Below are positions 28,748 to 38,863 of a DNA stretch of 53,992 nt, in pieces. Within the stretch, counting starts at the first letter, position 1. Each line of letters begins with the position of its first letter. The notes beneath the pieces are model-generated. The model did no database searches. It was given only the letters and a program-made list of their open reading frames with translations, and was not told where the DNA came from. Position numbers and translations under genes: made by a program. Origin of the DNA: Thermoplasmatota archaeon (GTDB taxonomy: Archaea; Thermoplasmatota; Penumbrarchaeia; Penumbrarchaeales; Penumbrarchaeaceae); NCBI GenBank assembly GCA_029762535.1, contig JARVGK010000021.1, positions 1-53,992 on the forward strand, written 5' to 3'.

Positions 28748-31700
28748 GTGTTTCTAATGTATCAAAGAATATTGATAGGATTGACCGCCTTGCTCCTTAT
28801 TACGATACCTCTTGGGATCACGACAGGGGATGGTGGGAGTTACCTCTATCATTCCCCTATGGAATATGGTAATATCCCCTTTATTGAGAACATCGGACAA
28901 TACGATGATAAAATTATGTTCCTATGCGATACACCCTATGGTAAGATGGCAATCTGCAAGAATTCTGTATTGCAATTCCTCCAAAGCGGAGAGCCGGAAA
29001 AGGGAATGACCACCTTGGATGTGATAGAGATGACCTTCCCAGGATCATCCTCTCTCCCTATCGGGATCGATGATTCGGGGTCTGAATATAACTTCATACT
29101 AGGATCCGATCCAACTTTATGGAGAACGGGCGCAAGAGGTTTTTTTGAAATATTGTATCCCGGGATCTGGGATGGGATCGATCTTTCATTCATTGCCACT
29201 GAAAGAGGCCCAAAGTACGAATTCAGAGTTGGACCCGGAGCGGACCCCAGTTTGATCTCGATGTTTGTACAAGGTGGAGATCTGATCGGGTCGGGAAGCC
29301 ATGTCATCGTTAAAACGGCCAATTCCCAACTCATCGATCGCGATCTGATCGTTTACGAGAGATCGTCAGGGAGGGTCGTCGATTGCGAGTTCGAAGTTGA
29401 TGATAATAAGATATCCTTCTCACTTGGACCTTACGATCGTTCGGATACCCTTATTATTGACCCGTTGCTATCATCGACCTACTTCGGCGGAACAAGTTCC
29501 GACAGGGGAACTGGAACATGTTATGATGAGGATGGAAATATTTTGATCACCGGCTTTACGCTTTCCTCGGACCTGCCTGTAACTCCAGGTTCATACGATA
29601 CTATTTTCAATGACGAGGATGCTTATATCAGCAAGTTCAATTATGATTGCTCGAAACTCCTTTTCTGCACGTATATCGGGGGTTCGGAGGGGGAGAGGGG
29701 CATGGCCATCGGAACAGATGACTATGGAAATATTTACGTTGGTGGTTATTCACACTCTCTCAATTTTCCAACGACTTCGGATGCGTACAGCAGTAGTTAT
29801 GCGGGCGGTTCCAAATATGACAATGTGGTTTTCATGCTGGATAGTTCTGGGAAGAATCTTGTATATTCAACATACATAGGAGGAAAGGGGATAGATAATT
29901 GCCAGGATATCAAGATGGACCCTTGGGGTAGATTCGTCATTACAGGATATACCAGCTCTACCGATTATCCAGTGACCTCCGAGAGCGAGAGCTACCATGG
30001 TGGGGAATACGATTTCTTTCTCACATGTCTTGACCACAACAGTTCATCACTTGCATACTCTATTCTACTTGGAGGTAGTGGAAAGGATGTACCTTTAAGA
30101 ATTGCCCTGGACGATAAAGGCAATGTATTCATCGCAGGTTATACCACATCATCTGACATCGTAACGACCTCCAACGCGATGGACAGTACCTACAATGGAT
30201 TACTCGATGGTTTGGTGATAGGGATCGGAGGGAATGGTTCGAACATCCTATACTCTTCCTATATAGGAGGTTCGAATGATGATTATATCAGGGGTATCGC
30301 CATAAGCGATGATGGCGACCTCATGATCACAGGGATGACCCTTTCATCTAATCTTCCCTACTTCGGGCCACAACACAGGACCATCACAAGCGATGGAAAG
30401 GATGCATTCGTTATGAGGGTCGATCTGGACGGCTCAGGGGATGGTTTCATCTCGGGCATAGGAGGAAACGGTGAGGATAGGGGAGGTAATATGATCATCG
30501 ATGGATCCGGCAATATTTGGATCAGCGGTATCACCTACTCAACGGATTTTCCCACCATGGAACCGAATGAAGGAAGCATGTTGAACGGGGATGTCTTCAT
30601 TCTCTGCCTTAATGAGGACGCTTCTAAAATGTTGTACTCGATGGTATTCGGGGGCAATGGTTATGATTCCGCCAATGATATGGACATGTCATATGGATCA
30701 TTCGCGATCTTCGGTCTCACGAATTCGAACGACCTGCCCATGATGGGAGATCCATATTCAACGACCTATCTGGGCAACGATGATTGTTTCGTTGCTTTAC
30801 TATCTTTCTGGGATATGCCCGGGATACCTGGTGATCTTGAGGCAAGATCTGGAGACGGATGGGTGTATATAGAATGGTCGGAACCATCGAGGTTCAATGA
30901 ATCAGGGTCTTTGGGGTATGTTCTCAGGAAAGGGCTTTCCCCTGATCACCAAAACATAAGTTTGATTCTTAATGATACCAAATATTTAGACCTAGACGTA
31001 ACGAATGGGATCAGGTACTATTACAAGGTCTGTGCGTACAACGATCATGGCGACGGGCGTTATACCAATGTGATAGACTCAAGACCTGCTGCTCCTCCCG
31101 GGATCCCTGTTTCCGCAAACATCACCGATGGGGATAGGTGGGTGAACATATCATGGGAAAGCCCCCTCAAGGACGGAGGGGATCCAGTCATAGGGTACAG
31201 GATATACAGGACCTCGAACGATTCTCAACCACATTCTCTCTTCAAAACGGTTTACGAAAAGAGGATCAACGATACCGATGTGGTCAATGGAGTGGCGTAC
31301 CGATACAAGATATCGGCTTTCAATATCAACGGTGAGGGGAATATGACCGATGAATTGATAGGCATGCCCTCGACGATACCTGACGAACCTCTGGAGATAT
31401 ATGCCCAGCCCGGAGATGGATGGGTCAATGTTTCATGGTCCATAACTCCATCGGACGGAGGTTCACCCATCCTGCATTATGAGGTCATGCGCGGCTTGAA
31501 GGCTGATTCGCTAGTGCATCTGGATCACACGGAACATGCGCTACATCTTCTCGATACCGAGGTCGAGAACGGTATGGAATACCACTATGCCGTCAGAGCA
31601 TGCAATATCAGGGGGCCTTCACCCCTTTCAGACATCATCAGAGCAAGACCCGCAAGACAGCCAGATCCTCCGTTCGACCTTACGGCCGAATCGGGAGACC

Positions 31701-33163
31701 GAAAGGTGATACTAAAATGGTCAAGCCCGGAATGGGACGGGGGTCAGCCCCTGAACAGTTTCACCATCTATCGAAGGAGCGATGAGAACTGGACCTATCT
31801 CGAGAAGGCCGAGCCACATGATTCGGAATTTACCGATAGCGAGGTTATCAACGGGATAGAATACCATTACATGATAACCGCATGGAACATCATGGGAGAA
31901 TCGCTGTCATCGAACATCGCATACGCCCTTCCCATGACCTATCCGGGCAAACCCTTGTCCCTCGTTGCATCGGGTGGGGATCGCAATGTATCTCTTACAT
32001 GGCTGCCTCCCATAAGCAACGGAGGATCGCCACTGATAGAATACATGCTCCACAGGGGAGAGACATCATCTTCTATGGAACTCATTACCGAACTGCCACC
32101 GGACAAGATGGAATACACGGACCTGGGGCTTGAAAATGGTGTCACCTATTACTACCAGATATGGTGCAGGAACTCGGTTGGAGCATCCATTGGAAGCGAT
32201 CTTGCATTCGCCATACCGGCCACTATACCTCAGCCCCCTTCCTCGATATCAGCTATAGCCGGGAACTCCTTTGTCGAGATCACATGGGGACCTACCGATG
32301 ATGCGGGCGGATCAACAGTGAAAAAGACCATACTCTACCGGGGACTCAATGAGAGTGATGTAAAGAAGATAGCCGATCTCGACATGACGTCGGGAACGTA
32401 TAACGATAGGTCCGTTGAAAACGGAGTTGAATATCATTACAGGCTCTCCTGCGTCAATTCATTAGGGGAAGGCCCCTTGTCCATACCGGTCGTGGCAAGA
32501 CCATCGACCACTCCGGAAATGGTCCTTAACCTTACCTGCATCATAAAGGATGGAGGGATACATCTGACATGGAACCCTCCTCTCAACGACGGAGGTTCAA
32601 CCATACATGGATACAACATATACCGATCATCCGGCTCTGGTCAAAGGATTAAGCTCGCTATCATTAACGACACTTACTATTCGGACGGATCGGTTTACAA
32701 GGAGATCCTCTACGTCTACTCTGTCAGGGAGTTCAACGATAACGGTGAAGGAGAAGGGTCCAACGAGATCGAGATAATGATGGAGAAGGAAAGCTCCATC
32801 ATGACGCTCGTGATTGGAGCCGTTATAGCGATAATGTTATTGATGTTCTTACTGGTTGGAGCGGCTCTATACCTACAAAAGAGAATGAAAAGGAAGAAAT
32901 TCGTCGCCGGACCGCCTATAACAGCATTCCCCGCAACAGAGGCAATTGAGGGTCAAAAACAGGAGATCCTTCATGGAACGATCGATGGAGAGGGCATCCC
33001 GTCTGAGGCAGAAGTGACAGAATCAACAAAAATAATTTCCGAACCTATGGTCGATGAGATCGCTTCCGATATGCCCAGTGCTGATCCGACTCTGATCCAA
33101 TCCGATACCGAATTGAAGAACGCCGAGGATGAGGTGTTAGGCGGGGAAGTATCGAATTCATAG
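28748..33163 (+). CDS. Surface protein: SBBP beta-propeller repeats + 7 FN3 + TM + acidic tail
   Basis: FIENIGQ N-terminal domain; repeated (Y/S)STY(I/F)GG..D...ITGYT.S.D(F/Y)P; seven FN3 repeats; TM LVIGAVIAIMLLMFLLVGAALYL. Confidence 0.9.
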   Translation: MFLMYQRILIGLTALLLITIPLGITTGDGGSYLYHSPMEYGNIPFIENIGQYDDKIMFLCDTPYGKMAICKNSVLQFLQSGEPEKGMTTLDVIEMTFPGSSSLPIGIDDSGSEYNFILGSDPTLWRTGARGFFEILYPGIWDGIDLSFIATERGPKYEFRVGPGADPSLISMFVQGGDLIGSGSHVIVKTANSQLIDRDLIVYERSSGRVVDCEFEVDDNKISFSLGPYDRSDTLIIDPLLSSTYFGGTSSDRGTGTCYDEDGNILITGFTLSSDLPVTPGSYDTIFNDEDAYISKFNYDCSKLLFCTYIGGSEGERGMAIGTDDYGNIYVGGYSHSLNFPTTSDAYSSSYAGGSKYDNVVFMLDSSGKNLVYSTYIGGKGIDNCQDIKMDPWGRFVITGYTSSTDYPVTSESESYHGGEYDFFLTCLDHNSSSLAYSILLGGSGKDVPLRIALDDKGNVFIAGYTTSSDIVTTSNAMDSTYNGLLDGLVIGIGGNGSNILYSSYIGGSNDDYIRGIAISDDGDLMITGMTLSSNLPYFGPQHRTITSDGKDAFVMRVDLDGSGDGFISGIGGNGEDRGGNMIIDGSGNIWISGITYSTDFPTMEPNEGSMLNGDVFILCLNEDASKMLYSMVFGGNGYDSANDMDMSYGSFAIFGLTNSNDLPMMGDPYSTTYLGNDDCFVALLSFWDMPGIPGDLEARSGDGWVYIEWSEPSRFNESGSLGYVLRKGLSPDHQNISLILNDTKYLDLDVTNGIRYYYKVCAYNDHGDGRYTNVIDSRPAAPPGIPVSANITDGDRWVNISWESPLKDGGDPVIGYRIYRTSNDSQPHSLFKTVYEKRINDTDVVNGVAYRYKISAFNINGEGNMTDELIGMPSTIPDEPLEIYAQPGDGWVNVSWSITPSDGGSPILHYEVMRGLKADSLVHLDHTEHALHLLDTEVENGMEYHYAVRACNIRGPSPLSDIIRARPARQPDPPFDLTAESGDRKVILKWSSPEWDGGQPLNSFTIYRRSDENWTYLEKAEPHDSEFTDSEVINGIEYHYMITAWNIMGESLSSNIAYALPMTYPGKPLSLVASGGDRNVSLTWLPPISNGGSPLIEYMLHRGETSSSMELITELPPDKMEYTDLGLENGVTYYYQIWCRNSVGASIGSDLAFAIPATIPQPPSSISAIAGNSFVEITWGPTDDAGGSTVKKTILYRGLNESDVKKIADLDMTSGTYNDRSVENGVEYHYRLSCVNSLGEGPLSIPVVARPSTTPEMVLNLTCIIKDGGIHLTWNPPLNDGGSTIHGYNIYRSSGSGQRIKLAIINDTYYSDGSVYKEILYVYSVREFNDNGEGEGSNEIEIMMEKESSIMTLVIGAVIAIMLLMFLLVGAALYLQKRMKRKKFVAGPPITAFPATEAIEGQKQEILHGTIDGEGIPSEAEVTESTKIISEPMVDEIASDMPSADPTLIQSDTELKNAEDEVLGGEVSNS

Positions 33164-33251
33164 GATGTTTATATCCAAAATAATACCGCTTTACCAAACA
33201 TGATGAATAGAAACAATTCAACCATGTCCTTTTCATGGAATTTGGAATATG

Positions 33252-34016
33252 TTATTCATAACTATCGAGATACAGTCCCTTGACTTCACCGGAAGAGAGC
33301 GGGCGATCATAAAGTTTGACCTCATCTATCGCTCCATGGAAATGATAATCCCAATCCCAACCGTCTATGAAGTATTTGTAACCGGCACCTATGGAAAATG
33401 GTAGATCGCTAAACCGAATACGGCCATAAGGATAGGATATCGTAGATTCATGTAGAGCATTCACGAAAACCCTTATCTCCACTCCATCGTAGGTTATGAC
33501 CACATGGGACCATTCGCCGATAACTACCTTCGCCTCCGTGTTCATCCAGTACCATTCCTGATATTCGCACATGATGGCACACTTTATAACTCCACCATCT
33601 ATTCGGAACTCGTACGACTCTTCCTTATCAATGACCATGTTCCTTATCGAATCATCATCGACCCGGACCCATGCTGACATCGTCAACCCCTTTCCTTTGA
33701 TCCTCAATGAGGGATGATCGCCGATATGGACCAGATCGTCGATACCGTCGAATTGACCGCTTCTTCCAGATACGCCCTCATAGATCGTGTTCGCACCTCC
33801 GAGAGCGGTTCCATGTATCCCTGTGGCCGAGGAATCCTTCACCTCGCCCTTGTCGCCCTTCCAGCCATCCTCATCCATTCTATAATGGACGATAGGGTCC
33901 CCGTTAGAAATAAAGGGTTCTTCTCGCTCGTATGGACGAGGCCAATGATCTGGATATATGCAGCCGGAAAGCATTACGGCCATGGACGCGATCGCGATTA
34001 ACAGCAATTTCTTCAT
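33252..34016 (-). CDS. LamG/concanavalin A-like domain lipoprotein
   Basis: MKKLLLIAIASMAVMLSGC lipobox; FDGIDDLV, EWSHVVITYDG, FHGAIDEVKLYDRPLS. Start trimmed to ATG 34016. Confidence 0.88.
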   Translation of the reverse strand: MKKLLLIAIASMAVMLSGCIYPDHWPRPYEREEPFISNGDPIVHYRMDEDGWKGDKGEVKDSSATGIHGTALGGANTIYEGVSGRSGQFDGIDDLVHIGDHPSLRIKGKGLTMSAWVRVDDDSIRNMVIDKEESYEFRIDGGVIKCAIMCEYQEWYWMNTEAKVVIGEWSHVVITYDGVEIRVFVNALHESTISYPYGRIRFSDLPFSIGAGYKYFIDGWDWDYHFHGAIDEVKLYDRPLSSGEVKGLYLDSYE

Positions 34017-34266
34017 CTGTACACCTACCACGCCTTTATGCTCCAGATGACACATGTGCAATTTAGATATAATTATCTTTCCACCTTTGGTGAATAGTAT
34101 AGGTGAGACCATACTTATGACATAAAGGCGAAATACCCACTTAGGGAAACATGTTGATACTGCTACATGTCAGATTCTCCCTCTCACAAAATGCGAAGAA
34201 AAGGTTTATCTCCACCTCAACGGCATGGATCCCCTGAGTAGATATAATAAGAACAGGGGGAATCGA

Positions 34267-37200
34267 ATGATCAAAGGCATCTTCAAGGGGGCAACAGCCC
34301 CGGTCATCGTTGCGATGGTCCTGCTACAGAGCATCCTGGTCATCACCGCGGCGGGATCGGATCCCCTCCCCCCATTGGAGGGATCCAGGTCCCTCAAGTC
34401 CATGGCATCCAATCATTCCTACTACATAGGGGACACCATAAGAATAGACCTCAACATATCCAGGGGAAGCCAGACGATACTCTACAACTTCTCCGACACC
34501 GTGGACATCCTCAAAGAAGGGATCATCGAGCTGGGGCGGGATCCCTATGCCCCTGACGACAACACATCCGCCCTCTGGAAGATGGACCGAATAGATAACG
34601 GGACCGTATCGGACCTCAGCAATAACAATAATACCGCCGCCGTCCACGAGGCCCAGTGTGCAAGGAGCGATCACAAGGACGCTCTCAACATGAGCGGATC
34701 CAAGGCCTACGTGGACGTGACATCCTCGGACAGCCTTAACATCACGGGCACGGCCTTCTCCGTCGAGCTCTGGGTCAAGATCTCCTCAAAGACCTCATCG
34801 AAGAAGATGACGCTCCTTTGCAAGGAGGCCTCATACCAGATAGATCTCCAGTCCAACAGGGAGATAGCCTGGTATCTAACGACCAACTCACAGAACTGGT
34901 ACATGGTGGACACCAATGTGAAGCTCGAGAACGATGTCTGGAACTACGTAGCCTTCACGTACGACGGGGTCAAGGGGAGGACATATCTCAACGGCGAGGA
35001 ACGCCACAACCTCACGTACCAGAAAGGGGACGTTAAGCCCTCGTCCCATCCTCTTGGCATAGCGTCGGCAAGGAAATACATATCGAACAAGTGGACATGG
35101 ACCGCCCCGCTCGAGGGAATGATCGACGAGATAAGGATCTCCAACATCACGAGGTCACCCGAAGAGATAGGGCATGTTTACGAGAGATACCTTGAACCCG
35201 ATCAGAGAACGGCGACGTACAAGCTCGAGGCGGGATCCATGGTCGGGACGTACTGGTTCCGCTCGATGACCGCCGGAGGCGACCAGGAACCTATCATCTA
35301 CATCGATGTGAAAGAGGCGATACTCGGCCCGCCCAGGAACGTCTTCGCCCTCTCCGGGGACAACTTCATACACCTCAGCTGGTCCCCGCCGAGCGAGATC
35401 CCCACCCTGCCAATGCTGGGATACCGCATCTACAGGGGTTCCAACGTCACGGACATGTCGCTCATAGCCGAACTCCCCCCCAACGTCAACGATCACAACG
35501 ATACCGATGTCCTTAACGGGATCGTCTATCAATACTCCATCAGGAGCTTCAACGTCCTTCGCGACTCGGACGATGCCCTCGTCTCGGAATATCCAAGGAC
35601 GATACCATCTCCCCCGTTGAACGTCAGCTGCACGTTCGCCGACAGGGAGATCAACCTCTATTGGGAGATACCAACCTCTGATGGAGGCTCACCGATCCTG
35701 TTCCACAGGATCCACAAGGGGGACGGCTCTGGCCAGTACAACGAGAGTTGGGACGTTCCACCGGAGACCGTAGAATACCTGGATTCGGGCCTTCAGAACG
35801 GGATGATCTACTTCTATACGATCCGCTCCTTCAACGAGGTGGGCGGATCCCAGCTCAGCAGCGTCGTCTCCGCCGTGCCGCTGACCTATCCATCGGCCCC
35901 GCAAAACGTCAAAGCCACACCGGGCGACCGGGAGATAACCCTCAGATGGGATCCCCCGATGAAGAACGGCGGGTCCGTCATAATGGGCTTCAACGTTTAC
36001 AGGAGGCAGGCCGAGACCGAGTACGTGAAGGCGGGTTTCGCCGTCGGGAGCCATTTCATCGACGGCGGCCTCGAGAACGGTCAAAGATACTACTACACCA
36101 TCAAGAGCCTCAACGACCTAGGAGAGTCCCCACCAAGCACGGAGGTCACGTCGATCCCCGTAAAACTGCCCAGCCCGCCGCAAGGCCTCGCCATCATCAG
36201 GGGGCTCGGTTATCTCAACATCGCCTGGGCGCCTCCTCTCGACGACGGCGGCTCGAGGCTTTTAAGATACGTACTCGAGAAGAGGACGATCGACCCGGAA
36301 CTGATAGAGAGCATCGATATCGGCGCGGAGATGAGGTCCTACAACGATACCGATATCATAAGAGGAAGGACCTATGTCTATGCCATCAAGACGGTCACGA
36401 CGGTCGGCGGATCCACAGCCGTTCAAGCGGCCCCTGTCAAGGTCTACGTTCTCCCCTCGGAGCCATCCGAGGTCACGGTCATAAGGGGCGACGGTTTCAT
36501 CAAAATGGAATGGACCAAGCCCCTGGATGACGGCGAGGACGAGAACGTATCATACAGGCTTTACAGGATCAACGGCGGGGACGAATACGAGCCCCTTGCC
36601 GCCTTCTTCGGCGACCTCAGGTCCTACAACGATACGGGGCTGGTCAACGGCAGGGAGTATCGTTACGAGCTCTCATGCGTCAATATCATGGGCGAATCGC
36701 CCCTGCGGCGTCAGGCAAAAGGAATTCCAGGAACCGTGCCGGGCCTGGTAAGGAACATAATTGCTTCGCACGGGGACGGATATATCCTGCTCAGCTGGCA
36801 GGCTCCCTCCTTGGACGGGGGCCTAGGTATAACCGGTTACAGGATATACAGGACGGAGAACGGCGGGTTCATGACCCTTGTCGGAGAGGTTGACGATGGG
36901 ACCTTCAAGTTCAATGATACCTACGTGTATGCCGGGACCGAATACAGCTACGTTATAAAGGCCGTCAACGATCTCGGGGAGGGGCCTTCGCAGAGGCCCG
37001 TCAATTACATGGTACCAACGCTGCTGGAGCCTAGAGGCAGCATGGTTCCCGTTACGATATCCCTCGCGGTCTTCGTGATCGGTATGATGCTCGGGACGAT
37101 CGTGATGTACATGATGATGAGGAGGAGGAACAGTAAACGGCCAGAATACGTTACCGCCCCAGCGGCCGAACTCGAAGCGGCTCCCATGCCCCCGGAGGGG

Positions 37201-37458
37201 CTGCCTGGATCCGCCTTCATGCCGGCTGGATACCTGCCCGGGGACGTCGAGGGATCCGAACCGCCTTCCTACGATATATCGCTTCCCCCGGAGGAGGGGG
37301 CTATGATGGACGATCCTATCGATCACTCGATGTTCGATCCAGAGGAGAGCACGGTCGAGCCGCCTGTCGTGGAGCCAGAATCGAGCTTGGAACCTCCGAG
37401 CATCGAGGGCGAGATCGACGATCTCCTTGGACAGGACGGAGAGGAATTCTCTCTATAA
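34267..37458 (+). CDS. Surface protein: LamG + 6 FN3 + TM + Pro/Glu-rich tail
   Basis: Signal peptide; WNYVAFTYDG...GMIDEIRIS (LamG); six FN3 repeats; TM followed by RRRNSKR. Confidence 0.9.
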   Translation: MIKGIFKGATAPVIVAMVLLQSILVITAAGSDPLPPLEGSRSLKSMASNHSYYIGDTIRIDLNISRGSQTILYNFSDTVDILKEGIIELGRDPYAPDDNTSALWKMDRIDNGTVSDLSNNNNTAAVHEAQCARSDHKDALNMSGSKAYVDVTSSDSLNITGTAFSVELWVKISSKTSSKKMTLLCKEASYQIDLQSNREIAWYLTTNSQNWYMVDTNVKLENDVWNYVAFTYDGVKGRTYLNGEERHNLTYQKGDVKPSSHPLGIASARKYISNKWTWTAPLEGMIDEIRISNITRSPEEIGHVYERYLEPDQRTATYKLEAGSMVGTYWFRSMTAGGDQEPIIYIDVKEAILGPPRNVFALSGDNFIHLSWSPPSEIPTLPMLGYRIYRGSNVTDMSLIAELPPNVNDHNDTDVLNGIVYQYSIRSFNVLRDSDDALVSEYPRTIPSPPLNVSCTFADREINLYWEIPTSDGGSPILFHRIHKGDGSGQYNESWDVPPETVEYLDSGLQNGMIYFYTIRSFNEVGGSQLSSVVSAVPLTYPSAPQNVKATPGDREITLRWDPPMKNGGSVIMGFNVYRRQAETEYVKAGFAVGSHFIDGGLENGQRYYYTIKSLNDLGESPPSTEVTSIPVKLPSPPQGLAIIRGLGYLNIAWAPPLDDGGSRLLRYVLEKRTIDPELIESIDIGAEMRSYNDTDIIRGRTYVYAIKTVTTVGGSTAVQAAPVKVYVLPSEPSEVTVIRGDGFIKMEWTKPLDDGEDENVSYRLYRINGGDEYEPLAAFFGDLRSYNDTGLVNGREYRYELSCVNIMGESPLRRQAKGIPGTVPGLVRNIIASHGDGYILLSWQAPSLDGGLGITGYRIYRTENGGFMTLVGEVDDGTFKFNDTYVYAGTEYSYVIKAVNDLGEGPSQRPVNYMVPTLLEPRGSMVPVTISLAVFVIGMMLGTIVMYMMMRRRNSKRPEYVTAPAAELEAAPMPPEGLPGSAFMPAGYLPGDVEGSEPPSYDISLPPEEGAMMDDPIDHSMFDPEESTVEPPVVEPESSLEPPSIEGEIDDLLGQDGEEFSL

Positions 37459-37543
37459 AGGATCACTTTCGGCGACCCCCCTCCGCCGGGCCAGCTTATG
37501 ACCCCCATGACCCCATGGCTACATTCCCTTGAGGGAATGTAGC

Positions 37544-38203
37544 ATGGACCGATACGAGATACGCAGCGGTATAAGGACGTTCGACTCTCTGTTCGGAGAC
37601 ATGGCCTTCGGTTCCGTGTCCCTGCTCATAGGCAGGACCGATCTGAACTTCACCATAATGGATCGCCTCGCGGTCTCACGCGCCCTTCTGGGGGATCCCG
37701 TCTATTACATCGACGGGGCCGGCAGGAGCGACCCCTTTTCGATGGCGCGCCTGCTCCGGGCACGCAGGGAGGATCCCATCCCTCCGCTGTCGAGGATCAA
37801 CGTCGCAAGGGCGTTCACCGCCCATCAGCTCGATTCCCTGATAGTCGACTCCCTCCCATCCATGGACCCCCCTCCCGCCCTGGCCATGGCCTCGGGAATC
37901 GACACCCTTCTATCGGACCCCGAGGTCGGACCGGAGGAGGCGGAGGGAATGATGCGAAACTGCGCATCGGCCCTTGAGGACCTGGCAAGGACGGGGGCGG
38001 CCGTTCTCGTGGCCGCCACTGGAGGGGGTAGAGGGGCGGACCTCCTGAGGATAATGGGCCCGATCTCATCGAACTGGGCTTCCCTGAAGGAGAGGCCCGG
38101 AAAAAGGATACGCATAGTGGTCAAGGACGGCAGATGGGCCGATCTCGTCCGACTCGACCCCATGCAGACGATCATAGAGGATTTCGGGGAGGCGGGGGCA
38201 TGA
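37544..38203 (+). CDS. Inactivated RadA/RecA-like protein
   Basis: SGIRTFDSLFG, VYYIDG and INVARAFTAHQL retained; no GKT Walker A. Confidence 0.8.
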   Translation: MDRYEIRSGIRTFDSLFGDMAFGSVSLLIGRTDLNFTIMDRLAVSRALLGDPVYYIDGAGRSDPFSMARLLRARREDPIPPLSRINVARAFTAHQLDSLIVDSLPSMDPPPALAMASGIDTLLSDPEVGPEEAEGMMRNCASALEDLARTGAAVLVAATGGGRGADLLRIMGPISSNWASLKERPGKRIRIVVKDGRWADLVRLDPMQTIIEDFGEAGA

Positions 38204-38487
38204 AGGATGACAGGGGCCCCCTCGATATGGAGGCCGAATCGTGGAGGGAGTTCCGCAGGTCCCTCCCGCGAAACGACCAGGAGGCCTTCGACCGCGTCAT
38301 CGAGAAGGCCATGAAGCACTCCGGGGCCGCTTCCGAATCGGGCAGGGAGAACCCCTTCGAGCTGATGGTGATGTCGGTCATGATCGAGATGGCCAAGGAG
38401 AGGCTTTTCCGAAGGGGAGAGCATTGTAAAAGCGATGACGAGGACGAAACATCCCCGGATGAGGGATCCCTCGCCCACTCCGGATAA
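38200..38487 (+). CDS. Small helical protein of the type usually linked to PolB2 (arCOG07300-like)
   Basis: ATGA overlap; WREFRRSLPRNDQEAFDRV...H..A....NPFELMVMSVMIE; family recognised from memory. Confidence 0.7.
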   Translation: MKDDRGPLDMEAESWREFRRSLPRNDQEAFDRVIEKAMKHSGAASESGRENPFELMVMSVMIEMAKERLFRRGEHCKSDDEDETSPDEGSLAHSG

Positions 38488-38498
38488 ATTATATATAA
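38488..38498 (+). promoter_or_regulatory. Putative TATA box upstream of the candidate ncRNA
   Basis: ATTATATATAA immediately after the stop codon at 38487. Confidence 0.5.
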
Positions 38499-38519
38499 CC
38501 CCTAAGTGAATGTCATATA

Positions 38520-38797
38520 CGGATCTGCGGATCTCGTATCCCAGGAATGTGGCCGGACCTTTTCTTTTGGATACGCATTCAATCCTCTCTTCAATTATCA
38601 TCCGGCCGCATTCGCTCCCTTCCGCCCCTGCATCGGAAATACCACTTGTGAGAATGAGTTGGTCCACATTAAAAGGCCCATGGTCTATCCATCTCATAGA
38701 CAACCTCTACCTGCACGATGGGCCGGAGAAGTTCTTACTTCCCCCGTCAATCTGGTCATCACGCTCGTTCCGGCCCATCACTCTGTTCTCACCCTTT
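38520..38797 (+). ncRNA. Candidate structured non-coding RNA with three stems and pyrimidine-rich loops
   Basis: Stems 38545-57/38601-13, 38654-62/38689-97 and 38717-27/38769-79, lying between two TATA-like boxes; no credible protein. Strand inferred from the TATA position and G-U pairs. Confidence 0.45.
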
Positions 38798-38863
38798 ACC
38801 GGAAACGTTTATATCTGGATCGGGGCTGGAGTGTATGGATATCCGAAGGATCAAAGACCGACC

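Noticed and set aside
28748-37458. Diversity-generating retroelement acting on surface proteins
   Set aside because: No reverse transcriptase and no adenine-specific TR/VR pair seen.
38510-38863. 118-aa N-terminal extension of the YkgJ ORF
   Set aside because: Atypical Ser/Pro-rich composition and an internal TATA box at 38808; better read as non-coding.
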